Shown here in pieces: positions 10,054-19,051 of a stretch of 59,398 nucleotides of DNA; the first letter of the stretch is position 1, and each line of letters opens with the position of its first letter. The DNA is taken from the IMG/VR virus record IMGVR_UViG_3300005254_000005, positions 1-59,398 of that record; one strand, given 5' to 3'. The stretch comes from a virus. Lineage: Duplodnaviria > Caudoviricetes. A program made the translations under genes and the position numbers. The notes under the pieces are model-generated. The model saw only the letters and a list, made by a program, of their open reading frames with translations, had not been told where the DNA came from and did not search any database.

Positions 10054-10296
10054 TTAAACATTGAGAAGAAATTCAGCTTGGTCTTGAACGGCCCGCGTCT
10101 TGATCTTATCGAGAATATCCCACATGACTTGTTCGATGTCGGGCTCCGCCTGGTCTGCGCTGATATTGATGGTTGTATCCTGGTACTCCTCGTCGGCGGC
10201 CCCTGAAGCGAGGTCTTCTATCTCCTCCTTCAGGTCTTCAAGGATTGTAGAAACCTCATCGATACCACGAAAAGTTATGTCTATGCTTTCAGCCAT
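10054..10296 (-). CDS. Mini tape-measure-like protein A (80 aa)
   Basis: N-term IDITFRGIDEVS and C-term EPDIEQVMWDILDKIKTRAVQDQAEFLL resemble tape-measure termini; syntenic slot. Confidence 0.55.
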   Translation of the reverse strand: MAESIDITFRGIDEVSTILEDLKEEIEDLASGAADEEYQDTTINISADQAEPDIEQVMWDILDKIKTRAVQDQAEFLLNV

Positions 10297-10310
10297 GATT
10301 CTTTAAACCC

Positions 10311-10526
10311 CTACCCTGATTTCTGAAATACATATTCGGCGCCGCCATTGATCGATTTCATTTCCAGGCACGAAAGAATGCGAATCAAGATAGCCTGGAG
10401 TGCCATGTCGAGGGATCCGGTTTCCACCTTGATTTCCGGAAACGTATCTTCATTGTCCGGATCCGAAGCCAACGGCGTCGGCGGCATTAAAAAAGTGAAT
10501 TCGATATTTTTTGCGTATTTAGCCAT
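10311..10526 (-). CDS. Mini tape-measure-like paralogue B (71 aa)
   Basis: Same pattern: IEFTF, acidic linker, PEIKV, amphipathic helix, GAEYVF. Confidence 0.5.
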   Translation of the reverse strand: MAKYAKNIEFTFLMPPTPLASDPDNEDTFPEIKVETGSLDMALQAILIRILSCLEMKSINGGAEYVFQKSG

Positions 10527-10533
10527 TGATCAA

Positions 10534-10782
10534 TTAAACGTGCCCGGTAAAATCACTTTCGCTGTCTGAGGCCTGCGCCTGAATCTCCTCTAAAGCATCC
10601 ATCAAAAATTCTTCGATGGCATTCTCGGCTCCAAATGAAGATATGATAATCTCAGGAGGTCGATCTGAGCGATCTTCTTCCTCGCCTTCTCTCTTGAGAT
10701 CGTCTATCTTGTCTTCAATATCGGAAATCATTGTTGAGATTGCGTCACCACCTTGAAAAGAGATCGTAAACGTCTCGCTCAT
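10534..10782 (-). CDS. Mini tape-measure-like paralogue C (82 aa)
   Basis: MSETFTISFQGGDAIST...PEIIISSFGAENAIEEFLMDALEEIQ, aligns with A; GAGG RBS. Confidence 0.55.
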   Translation of the reverse strand: MSETFTISFQGGDAISTMISDIEDKIDDLKREGEEEDRSDRPPEIIISSFGAENAIEEFLMDALEEIQAQASDSESDFTGHV

Positions 10783-10786
10783 GAAA

Positions 10787-10996
10787 TCAACCCACCTCAA
10801 AGGTATATCTGGCCCCGCGTGCGATGGACTCGGCTCGAAGGATCGACATCAACCTCAAGACAAGCGGCTGAATAATCGTCTCGACCTCTGAGATATTCAG
10901 CTTAACGACCGGCCACGTGGATTCGTCGTCTTCACCGTCCTCTTCGGGCTCGGCTTCGACGAAGGATAATTCAATTTCCAAAGGCTCTAAGGCCAT
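10787..10996 (-). CDS. Mini tape-measure-like paralogue D (69 aa)
   Basis: MALEPLEIELSF...PVVKL...ARGARYTF, aligns with B; AAGGAG RBS. Confidence 0.5.
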   Translation of the reverse strand: MALEPLEIELSFVEAEPEEDGEDDESTWPVVKLNISEVETIIQPLVLRLMSILRAESIARGARYTFEVG

Positions 10997-11007
10997 TCGC
11001 TGTCTCC

Positions 11008-12015
11008 TTATGAAGCAAACCGTACCGATGGAAATTTCGCAATTACTACGCATCCAATGGAAATCGGCCCCGTTTGAGGGAATGAAGACAGGAACCGAAG
11101 TGTTCCCAGGGTCAATATGTATGGGGCACCTGCCGCATCCGGATAGAATTTGAAAATCAGATTCTGTCCATTTAAGGCAATCAGGGCATCACTGATGCCG
11201 TCCACCAGTTCAGCCTTGAATGTTGAAGATTGAAGGCTTTCAGTTTTATAGCCGAGCATTTTGTCGAATCGCTGAGCATGCTTTTGTAAAGATTGCGTAT
11301 CCGCCGGAACAAACCCGTTAGACTCGATTGCGGTGAAGGTCGGCGTGTAATACTTAATGTAGACCCCCTTGCAGACCCCTCCGGTGTGGGAGGCGTCCAG
11401 GGCGCTGTAGAATTCAATGTGCGCATACTTCCGGGACGTCGTGGAAGCCAGGATCCCATAGCCAAGGTTGTTCGGTCGCCGGTAAAGGGGATAGTCCGCG
11501 CGTTCCTGGTGTGTGCCGGTAGTTTGGAAGATCTCGGATGATGTGATGGCGGCGCTTACCTGGCTGTCCGTTTTAACCTGGCCAATTTCAATAGACCCAA
11601 TGGGAATATAGGGAGGGCCCCCTGCCGCGCCGCGGGTCGTTGAAAAACTGGTTCCCTCCGTCCCCTTGACGGCTGAGACCGTGGTGCCGGTCAGGATAAT
11701 GGAGTTGATCGCGTGGGTGGAAACAGTGGCCCGGGTGATGGTCGTAGTCGTTGCGGAAACTGATTTAAGCACCCCTGCAAGCCATGCAGTGAAGGCGATA
11801 CTGTCCACCTCGTCGCTGCCGGACCCTGCCGTAAGGATATCCACGCCGGTAATAATGCCGTCCGGCCGCACATCCGGCGCGTAGCCCGATCTATCGCTCC
11901 AGACGTTACCGGTTACGGTGAAGACCGTGTGGTCCCCCGAATCCGTCATGGCTGCAAAGTCAACCAGGGCCTGAGCGCTTTCGTATTCAATTTTGGCGTT
12001 TGGCGAATGTCCCAT
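11008..12015 (-). CDS. Putative major tail (tube) protein
   Basis: 335 aa Thr/Ser/Gly-rich; follows tail terminator-like gene. Confidence 0.6.
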   Translation of the reverse strand: MGHSPNAKIEYESAQALVDFAAMTDSGDHTVFTVTGNVWSDRSGYAPDVRPDGIITGVDILTAGSGSDEVDSIAFTAWLAGVLKSVSATTTTITRATVSTHAINSIILTGTTVSAVKGTEGTSFSTTRGAAGGPPYIPIGSIEIGQVKTDSQVSAAITSSEIFQTTGTHQERADYPLYRRPNNLGYGILASTTSRKYAHIEFYSALDASHTGGVCKGVYIKYYTPTFTAIESNGFVPADTQSLQKHAQRFDKMLGYKTESLQSSTFKAELVDGISDALIALNGQNLIFKFYPDAAGAPYILTLGTLRFLSSFPQTGPISIGCVVIAKFPSVRFAS

Positions 12016-12476
12016 CAGATATTGTCCGTATCATGAATGTATTCAACGTTGTAGACCATATCAAACCGATAAAATGGTTCAAAGAATAGAGTTTCCCTCA
12101 TTGGAATGACTGTCACAGCTTCTGCAAGGCCGTTGACCGTTGGATCGGCATAGAGCCCATCCCAAATATCCTCGGCGACAGATGAAAGAGCCGTATCCGG
12201 ATTGGATTTGTCGAGACCGTAGGTGCGGAGATTGATTGACAGGATCGAACGGACCTTGCTCGACTGGCCTGACTCTCTTAAAGTGATATATCCTCCATCC
12301 TTCGGGACCGGGAGGCCCGCTGTCATAAAGACAACGGGGAAGGAAGGGAAAGGGGTCCCCTTAAGCTCTGTGAAGGAAGCGATTACCTTGCGCTTAACGG
12401 ACCCAACTGCGGTTACCGCTTCGAGGATTGCCTTGACCTGAACGAGGATTTGCTCCCTGGTACTATTGACTGCCAT
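12015..12476 (-). CDS. Tail terminator-like protein
   Basis: STREQIL start, LYADPTVNGLA motif, about 150 aa, synteny. Confidence 0.65.
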   Translation of the reverse strand: MAVNSTREQILVQVKAILEAVTAVGSVKRKVIASFTELKGTPFPSFPVVFMTAGLPVPKDGGYITLRESGQSSKVRSILSINLRTYGLDKSNPDTALSSVAEDIWDGLYADPTVNGLAEAVTVIPMRETLFFEPFYRFDMVYNVEYIHDTDNI

Positions 12477-12850
12477 CAGTAGCTGTAATCCCCCGTGATG
12501 ATTTCGACCAAATTCTGTTTACCGCCGAACACCTTCACTGCCGTTTCAAGGGAGTAGCCTCGCTTTCGCGCCCAGTCTGTCATGATCTCATCGGCGGTCT
12601 TTCCGGTTTTCTCTTGAAGCTCCTTCATTTTTTGCCTTGCCTTATCCCGCTGCTGTTTCTCTTCTTCCTTACGGATGGCCTCTAATGCCTTTAAAATCAA
12701 CTCTCTCCGGTAAGCCCCAAAAACACTTGATTCTCGTAGCTGCTTATTGATGTTGGCAACCTTTGCATGCATTTGCTGCGCAGCTGCCAAAAACGAACCC
12801 TTGTTTGACGTGTAGGTGACACTGACAACCGGTCTGACGCTTCCAGCCAT
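12476..12850 (-). CDS. Hypothetical basic coiled-coil protein in neck module
   Basis: Coupled stop/start with neighbour. Confidence 0.55.
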   Translation of the reverse strand: MAGSVRPVVSVTYTSNKGSFLAAAQQMHAKVANINKQLRESSVFGAYRRELILKALEAIRKEEEKQQRDKARQKMKELQEKTGKTADEIMTDWARKRGYSLETAVKVFGGKQNLVEIITGDYSY

Positions 12851-12856
12851 GCCCGC

Positions 12857-13273
12857 TCACCCTACCAGGCTGTTGATGACGTCAAAGACAATTTCCTTCA
12901 CCATGTCATTCACGTCCGTTTCAGAAAGCCCCATGAATTTACGCACAGGATTGTTTCCCTGTCCTTGCTGATGATAAGACGCCTTTCCCGATGAACACGT
13001 GATGGTGGCTGAATCACCCGAAGCGCTGTATTCAATCGATCCAAGCATCTCCCCTGTGTCGTACAGGTTGACATTTCCGCTTTTCCGATAAGAGTCGCTG
13101 TAAGGAGCAAAGGGCGAACCGTACATATCCTTACCAAGCAAGGTCCGATTCACAATCCGATTAGCCGCAAATGCCCCCGCAGCGTCAGAAAGATTCCCTG
13201 AATCAAGCACGGCATCTACCGCCTCCAATACATCCACGGTTTCTTGAGCGTCTATGTTGACTCTTACGATCAT
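12857..13273 (-). CDS. Virion morphogenesis/tail completion protein (Mu gpG/P2 gpS-like)
   Basis: FAPYSDSY, LYDTGEMLGSI, ASYHQQG, PVRKFMGLS motifs. Confidence 0.8.
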   Translation of the reverse strand: MIVRVNIDAQETVDVLEAVDAVLDSGNLSDAAGAFAANRIVNRTLLGKDMYGSPFAPYSDSYRKSGNVNLYDTGEMLGSIEYSASGDSATITCSSGKASYHQQGQGNNPVRKFMGLSETDVNDMVKEIVFDVINSLVG

Positions 13274-13276
13274 CCG

Positions 13277-13738
13277 TCACACCCGCTTCACACGCCTGCC
13301 GGTTATTGAGTGAGACTTCTCCCATGTGTCGATTGCAGCGCTTTCATCCCAATCGTAATCAAGGCCCTTTTCAATGACCCGCTTAAACTCCTGATCATAC
13401 ATTGCCTCCCAGTAGTTACGCTGCTGACCATAGGCGTCCTGCTCCATGGTGGTATCCTGGGCAAGGTAACGATAGATTAGAAAGAGGGTTTTGTAGCAGG
13501 AGAGATCTAAGAGCTGCGTGGCGGAGTTCAAGAGAAGTGTTACGTCGAAAGGAGTATATCGCCAATCGTACCCGGCGCTCGCCGCGGCCTGGCGATACCA
13601 TTTCACTTCAAGGTCTTCATCGATTTTGGTCTTTGCTGTATCATGGAAATCGGACCAGTCATCGACGCCAAGACTCATGATTGTGGAACGGACCTTCAGG
13701 AGATCCGCGTCCGTACTGTAGGCCATAATGTCCTCCAA
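13277..13738 (-). CDS. Head-tail adaptor protein
   Basis: MAYSTDADL start, helical, downstream of capsid. Confidence 0.6.
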   Translation of the reverse strand: MEDIMAYSTDADLLKVRSTIMSLGVDDWSDFHDTAKTKIDEDLEVKWYRQAAASAGYDWRYTPFDVTLLLNSATQLLDLSCYKTLFLIYRYLAQDTTMEQDAYGQQRNYWEAMYDQEFKRVIEKGLDYDWDESAAIDTWEKSHSITGRRVKRV

Positions 13739-13763
13739 TTCTCAACATTTGACAGGCGAATCC

Positions 13764-14018
13764 TTATCCTTTATCGGTTTTTGGAGGACGGCCGCGCCTC
13801 GACTGCCTTGCATTTTCAGGCTCAGTTTCTCCGGATTCCGACTGCTGCCCTTCATCCTCGGATTCAATTTCTTCCGGTTCTGATTGTTCCGGCCGGGAAA
13901 TGCTTTCTTGCGCAGCTTCGACAAAAACCCGGTGAACGCCTTCCTTGAAATCACCTTCATTGATGATCATGTAGCCGAGCTTGGTATCGGCTTTGATTTT
14001 GATGGTCGGAAGTCGCAT
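13764..14018 (-). CDS. Small head-module protein
   Basis: LPTIKIK..GYMIINEGDF...H motif, C-terminal RRGRPPK; GGAG RBS. Confidence 0.6.
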   Translation of the reverse strand: MRLPTIKIKADTKLGYMIINEGDFKEGVHRVFVEAAQESISRPEQSEPEEIESEDEGQQSESGETEPENARQSRRGRPPKTDKG

Positions 14019-14146
14019 GGATCATTCTCCTTTTTTAAGTTCCAGGCCCGCCTTGGCGGAAGACAGGCCCGGAGGGAAAAAGGTTGATGTTGAGGAGGAG
14101 GAAAAGATGAAGCCCGCATGGGGGCGCAAGTTAATCGTTATGAAAC

Positions 14147-15778
14147 CTACGGTAGCACGGCCACAATGCCTGAATAGTTCTCGGCCCAGCCGTTGGTTGA
14201 TCCAGCGTCCACAAAAGGATTATTTCCCGGAGCGTCTTGGCCATCATTGGCCCAATTACCAGCAATCCATCCGTCATCCACACTGGCCCCTAAAGTAATA
14301 GCAGAGCCGGTCCCGGTATCAGTGTCAAACTTGATCCGGTTGTTTTCGATTTGTGGATTCGTAACGGCTCCATCCAGCCAAATGGCGGGGGTCGCCGTCC
14401 GGCCTACGTCCTGGATAAAGTTGCCTGAGATATTACAATGGGTAGCATTACCGGCTATCCTAATCGCGGAACCAGCTGCAGCGATACCCGCACCATCGGA
14501 GCCATAGAAACGGTTATTCTTGACAACCAGGTAAGGAGCTGCGCCGCCGGATGCAACATAAATGCCCTCAAGACAAGGAGCGTCAGCATCGCGGCCAATA
14601 ACGCAATCATGGATATTAACTCCATAGGCACCGGCTGCAGTGGCAACCGGGAAAGAAATGGCAGGGACGGTCTGATCACCACCGCCGATAACAAGGTTTG
14701 CAATTTCAACCCTGTCACCAGTTGCGGCAAACGTAATCCCAGCAACAGCAGTTGAAGGAAAGATTCTGGGATATGCCATTGCACCATTGGTCGAGTTACC
14801 AATCAAGTGAACAAAAGACTTGTCCATGGTGATAGTGGTGGCCCCACTGTCTGAGAGGTCAAAGACAAACACCCAATCATCCACAGAATTGCTGCATGCG
14901 GCTATTGCTTCCTGAATCGTCTTGAAAGCAGTAGCTGGAGTTGTACCATCACCACTTGAGGTAATATTACCGTCTACCCACCAGAATGCCGCTGGCATAC
15001 CCTGTGCAGAACCTTCAACGGAACCCATCTGATAAGCCATCTGTGTCCATGCAATGTTGAGAAGGTCTGCGCCGCCGGTCGTTGACCCGGTCACTAATGC
15101 CTGCACTTCGGCGGACGTATCCATTGCAGCGGTATCAAGCAGAATGGCATCAATATCGGTATGCGCCAGATCCAACGACGCCTTGATATTGTCATCCTGA
15201 GCTGCTCCGCCATATGGTCCAGTAAAATCACCAATGATATCAACCAACGATGTGCTGGCAGGCAAAGGCTGACCTAAAGCCGTACTACCCCCCGAAACAA
15301 ACGTAGCCAGGGATCCGGCAGTCGGGGTAGCTGGCAACGTCGCACCACTAATGGTGTCAGTATCGGCTAAAGTCGCATCGATGGAAGCTTGAGTGGCCGT
15401 AAGGAGATTGACTCCGGTCGCACCCGTGATAATGTCCAAATCATTTTGCAGGGTAGTAATCGTTCCCGGGATGGTGGTTCCGGTATCAACAAGGATCGCA
15501 TCAATATTGCCATCGTTGACAATCTGCCCGGTCACGAGCTGCTTAATGTAACCCATGATTGAAGTCGTGGTGCCTACGGCTCCGGTTGCGGCTGCATCCG
15601 ATTTACTGCCAACCACATCGCTCGACGTGTTGTTCGCCGTCGAATCAGCGGTCGGCACATTGGTCCCATAAAGGACCGGAGTGGTAGTTGTGGAAAAAAC
15701 AGAGACAGGGATGAAACACATGGCCCCGATCAGCATTAGAACAAACGCTGCGGACCCGATCCAAAGCTTTTTCTTCAT
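14147..15778 (-). CDS. Signal-peptide-bearing protein with C-terminal right-handed beta-helix
   Basis: AGGAGG RBS before ATG 15778 (MKKKLWIGSAAFVLMLIGAMCF); GDGTTPATAFKTIQEAI and repeated IxxNxI turns. Confidence 0.7.
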   Translation of the reverse strand: MKKKLWIGSAAFVLMLIGAMCFIPVSVFSTTTTPVLYGTNVPTADSTANNTSSDVVGSKSDAAATGAVGTTTSIMGYIKQLVTGQIVNDGNIDAILVDTGTTIPGTITTLQNDLDIITGATGVNLLTATQASIDATLADTDTISGATLPATPTAGSLATFVSGGSTALGQPLPASTSLVDIIGDFTGPYGGAAQDDNIKASLDLAHTDIDAILLDTAAMDTSAEVQALVTGSTTGGADLLNIAWTQMAYQMGSVEGSAQGMPAAFWWVDGNITSSGDGTTPATAFKTIQEAIAACSNSVDDWVFVFDLSDSGATTITMDKSFVHLIGNSTNGAMAYPRIFPSTAVAGITFAATGDRVEIANLVIGGGDQTVPAISFPVATAAGAYGVNIHDCVIGRDADAPCLEGIYVASGGAAPYLVVKNNRFYGSDGAGIAAAGSAIRIAGNATHCNISGNFIQDVGRTATPAIWLDGAVTNPQIENNRIKFDTDTGTGSAITLGASVDDGWIAGNWANDGQDAPGNNPFVDAGSTNGWAENYSGIVAVLP

Positions 15779-15852
15779 GTCGATCCTCCTTATTTTCATA
15801 GCCGTCCCCGGGTTAAAGGGCGGCCATGAAAAAAGAAAAGTTGAGTTGCCGA

Positions 15853-17016
15853 TTACCCCGCGATCCGGACAGCGTACTGTGGACGAACCAGTTTGGCGCC
15901 CCAGAGGGCGTCCAGTTCCCACATGATTTGTTTGTACATCCTGATCACTTCCAGGCGGAAGATCAGCCCCGTAACGGGATCCATCATGGTGTAGCTGTTA
16001 TTGGGATCGAAGACTTCCTTGAGGGCCTCGTCCGGTGCCCGCATGGCAAGCGCGAATGCGTCCCGATGAAAGGCGAGGTTGACGACGTGGGAATCGACTG
16101 TGGTAATGGCCTCTCCGCCAGTCGTTGCAGCTGCAAGGACGGGAGAAATAGGAACCGATGTGTTGGTATTGTGAACGACCGTGGTATCCTCTGTGACGAC
16201 GTACTGCTGATCGTCTCCGGCGATGGTAAGAATGTCTCCTTCAACGGCCTCCCATGAAGCGCCGACAGCCTTGGCAATGGAAAGGGTAGATGCGCCGGCT
16301 GCATTGACGCCATTGACCGTCATGGCTCCGTCGCCGATTGCGCCCCGGGTGTGGGTCGGCACACCATCGTCTGCTGCCCATAGAAACCCAAATTTCATGC
16401 CGATCTCGCCAGTCATTTTTTCGTCGCCCGAACCGGTCTTCTCGGCATCAGAGAACTGTGAAAGCCCAAGGGCATTCGCCTCGGCCGTAAAATCCAGCAC
16501 GCCCCGGCGATTGACCTTGGGACATTTTTGAATGTTGAGAAGTTTTCGTGCCAGGGTCGCGGAAGCAACTTCTACGCCCGCACCGAAGGGTGTGGTTCCA
16601 GCCGTCCCAATCAGACCGTAAACGCCAACATATTCGGCAAACACCGTTGTGTTGATGGCCACTGCGAGGGCCTCGAAGGCCGCACTCATTTCCAGAGGGA
16701 TGAAATCCTTTTGTGCCTCAATCTGGCCGAGTTCCTTGTCGGTCAACCCGAAGCTGGCTTTCTTCCAGTTGCTCAAGGAAATCTGAACGGTCGGAACGGT
16801 TACATTCCCGGGGGCTTCAGGATATGCAGCCGGCGCGACATCGGAGGCGCTCAGCTCGGCAGCTACGGGGACATCGATGGTGGCCCCCTTCTTTTTGGTT
16901 TCCATTTCATAGTCTGTATTGACGAGACGGGTCATGAGGACCCGCGAACGAAGGGCCAAGAGGCCCCGGGCCAGAATCATCGGAAGAATTGCGGTAAGGG
17001 TATTGGAAATGGCCAT
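15853..17016 (-). CDS. Major capsid protein (P22 coat-like, HK97 fold)
   Basis: KKGATIDVP, NLAFHRDAFALAMR, LDALWGAKLVRPQYAVRI motifs; AGGAGG RBS. Confidence 0.88.
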   Translation of the reverse strand: MAISNTLTAILPMILARGLLALRSRVLMTRLVNTDYEMETKKKGATIDVPVAAELSASDVAPAAYPEAPGNVTVPTVQISLSNWKKASFGLTDKELGQIEAQKDFIPLEMSAAFEALAVAINTTVFAEYVGVYGLIGTAGTTPFGAGVEVASATLARKLLNIQKCPKVNRRGVLDFTAEANALGLSQFSDAEKTGSGDEKMTGEIGMKFGFLWAADDGVPTHTRGAIGDGAMTVNGVNAAGASTLSIAKAVGASWEAVEGDILTIAGDDQQYVVTEDTTVVHNTNTSVPISPVLAAATTGGEAITTVDSHVVNLAFHRDAFALAMRAPDEALKEVFDPNNSYTMMDPVTGLIFRLEVIRMYKQIMWELDALWGAKLVRPQYAVRIAG

Positions 17017-17095
17017 GTCTATGCCTCCTTTTAATTAAATAGGGTTAATTGATAACGCCTACGTAACTGAGGCATAAACATTGCGTAACTGAATG

Positions 17096-17917
17096 TTATT
17101 GAGAAACTACTACCACTTCTCCTTTTGCGATTTTGTCAATATTCCGAGACGCCGCCGCTTTATCTGAGGAGGCAATGGTTTTCCCGGTAAAAGGTTTGCC
17201 TTCCTGGCCACCTCCCGCGCCCGACCCGCCGGGCGTTGTCCTCAGCATTTGATTGGCCTTGGGATGTGAACGAACCAGGATTTCGATGGCCTCCTGCGGA
17301 TCGGCATACTTGGATCCCTGCAAAGAAAAAATCTTTTCACCGGAATTGTCAACAGCGTAAACAACAGGATCCTCGCCTGGTTTCTCCTCGACGATGAAAT
17401 TTTTTCCAAATGTGTTGTATCCCATTTCAGGAATGACATACGTCTTTTCGCGAAGGAATTCGCTTTGCTCGAATTGACTTTTTACCATCATGCGATGGAG
17501 CTGGTTTTTACTGGCGGCGATGGCCTGATCCCGCGTCTCAACTTCCCTCTGGTGAGCCTTATCCTTCTCCTTAATTCGGCCCTCAAAAAGCTCCGCAACG
17601 CCCTGCTTGATCCTTTCGATCTCCTCTGCACTCGGACTCCCCTTCTCCTTGTAACTCTTGACCAACTTCATGGCCTCCTGGGCCTCGGTCAGGAACTCGC
17701 CAACGTCCTCGATATCGGAGGCGTCTAAAATGGGTTGCACCTTCTTTTTCAGCTCCGAGTATTTTTGCCGGTGTGTCTTGGCCTCGTTTTTCAACTCACC
17801 CAATCTGATGAGGGCCGAATCTCCATTAAAGGGTTCTTCGCGGCCATCCGGATGGGTAAAGACGGGATTTCCATCCTGGATGATAACCTGGCCAGCTTCA
17901 TCTAACTTCCAAGGCAT
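17096..17917 (-). CDS. Capsid scaffolding protein
   Basis: DGNPVFTHPDGRE, EAKTHR, coiled coil, Gly-rich GGSGAGGG near C-terminus; directly upstream of capsid. Confidence 0.8.
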   Translation of the reverse strand: MPWKLDEAGQVIIQDGNPVFTHPDGREEPFNGDSALIRLGELKNEAKTHRQKYSELKKKVQPILDASDIEDVGEFLTEAQEAMKLVKSYKEKGSPSAEEIERIKQGVAELFEGRIKEKDKAHQREVETRDQAIAASKNQLHRMMVKSQFEQSEFLREKTYVIPEMGYNTFGKNFIVEEKPGEDPVVYAVDNSGEKIFSLQGSKYADPQEAIEILVRSHPKANQMLRTTPGGSGAGGGQEGKPFTGKTIASSDKAAASRNIDKIAKGEVVVVSQ

Positions 17918-18040
17918 AACTACCTCTCTTTCTTTGGGATTATCATCCCGAATTTCGTTATTTTTTATACCCGCTTAACACTATTTGAAATTTCTGCTTG
18001 CTAATTATGTTGAATATTTTTTATGATTGTCAAGAAAAAA

Positions 18041-18057
18041 ATAATGAATTTCATTAT
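18041..18057. promoter_or_regulatory. Palindromic operator ATAATGAA-T-TTCATTAT between divergent late units
   Basis: Perfect 8-1-8 palindrome; same motif recurs at 34743, 34775, 35221, 49167, 49829, 49863. Confidence 0.7.
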
Positions 18058-18070
18058 TAAAGGGGAAAAG

Positions 18071-19051
18071 ATGGCGAGAAAACTTGAAGGGAAAATTGAA
18101 ACAGACACACCACAAGGTGATGTTGAAGGTAAAGATTCTGCAATACTGTTCAAGGGTTACGCCAAAACAGTCAAGATGAAAAAGGAGTTTTTGGCTGAGT
18201 ATCCTAAGCAGAAATACAAGATGAAAAAAACCGCATACGCCCTTGGCATGACACCCGGGACGGTTACGTCATGGTGCCTGGATGACCAAAAATTCAAGGA
18301 TGCGTATCTTGAATTGAAAGCGAAGCGTTTCAGGCTGCCACCAAAAGAACTAAGTAGCCGTAATTATGCCAAATATAGCCCCACCACACCCCTGTCCCCT
18401 GAAGAAGTTGCCGACCTTAAGGAAGAATTTATAAAGCTCTTCGATCAAAAACAATTTTCCCTCGCGCAATGCTGTAAACAAATCGGCCTGTCTATGGGTT
18501 TGGCCCGGAATTGGTTGGCAGGCGATCCAATCTTTAGGAAAGTATATCAGCAAATCGCCAATGAAAAGCGAGGGTTCACTGATGAGGACGGCAACTTTAA
18601 GCCAGAAATTAGAGACAAAGCCCAGGCTGGAATACAGGCAGCGCTAGCGGAACGGCAAAACCTATTCCTGAAAACTTACCTGGATACGGCATTCAATATC
18701 ACCGAAGCATGTAAAGTAACGGGCGTCATGAGATCCACATTCAGATTGTGGCTCAAAAAATATCCCGAATTCGAAGAGCGGTTTTCCGAAGCCTTTGAAT
18801 CTAAAAAAGATTTCATTGAAGACAAGCTCCTTGAAAACATCAAGGCCAACGATTCCGCCTGCATCATTCATGCATCCAAAACACTCCTGAGAGACAGGGG
18901 TTATGGGGAAAAACAGGAAATTGAGATCTCCGGAAAATTCGGCGTGATGGTAGTCCCGGGGAAGGTTGAAGATGTGGCATCCTGGGCCGCCAAGGCGGTC
19001 ACTCAGCAACGAAGACTAAGGGAAGCGTCTGTCCATGAATTGCATGAATGA
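18071..19051 (+). CDS. terS: Terminase small subunit with three tandem HTH-like modules
   Basis: Upstream of TerL; LLRDRGYGEKQEIEISG C-terminal motif; three FL..AC..G....W....PxF repeats. Confidence 0.75.
   Translation: MARKLEGKIETDTPQGDVEGKDSAILFKGYAKTVKMKKEFLAEYPKQKYKMKKTAYALGMTPGTVTSWCLDDQKFKDAYLELKAKRFRLPPKELSSRNYAKYSPTTPLSPEEVADLKEEFIKLFDQKQFSLAQCCKQIGLSMGLARNWLAGDPIFRKVYQQIANEKRGFTDEDGNFKPEIRDKAQAGIQAALAERQNLFLKTYLDTAFNITEACKVTGVMRSTFRLWLKKYPEFEERFSEAFESKKDFIEDKLLENIKANDSACIIHASKTLLRDRGYGEKQEIEISGKFGVMVVPGKVEDVASWAAKAVTQQRRLREASVHELHE

Noticed and set aside
10787-11053. Tail assembly chaperone with programmed frameshift
   Set aside because: No slippery site or overlapping extension recognised; the small ORFs resemble each other instead
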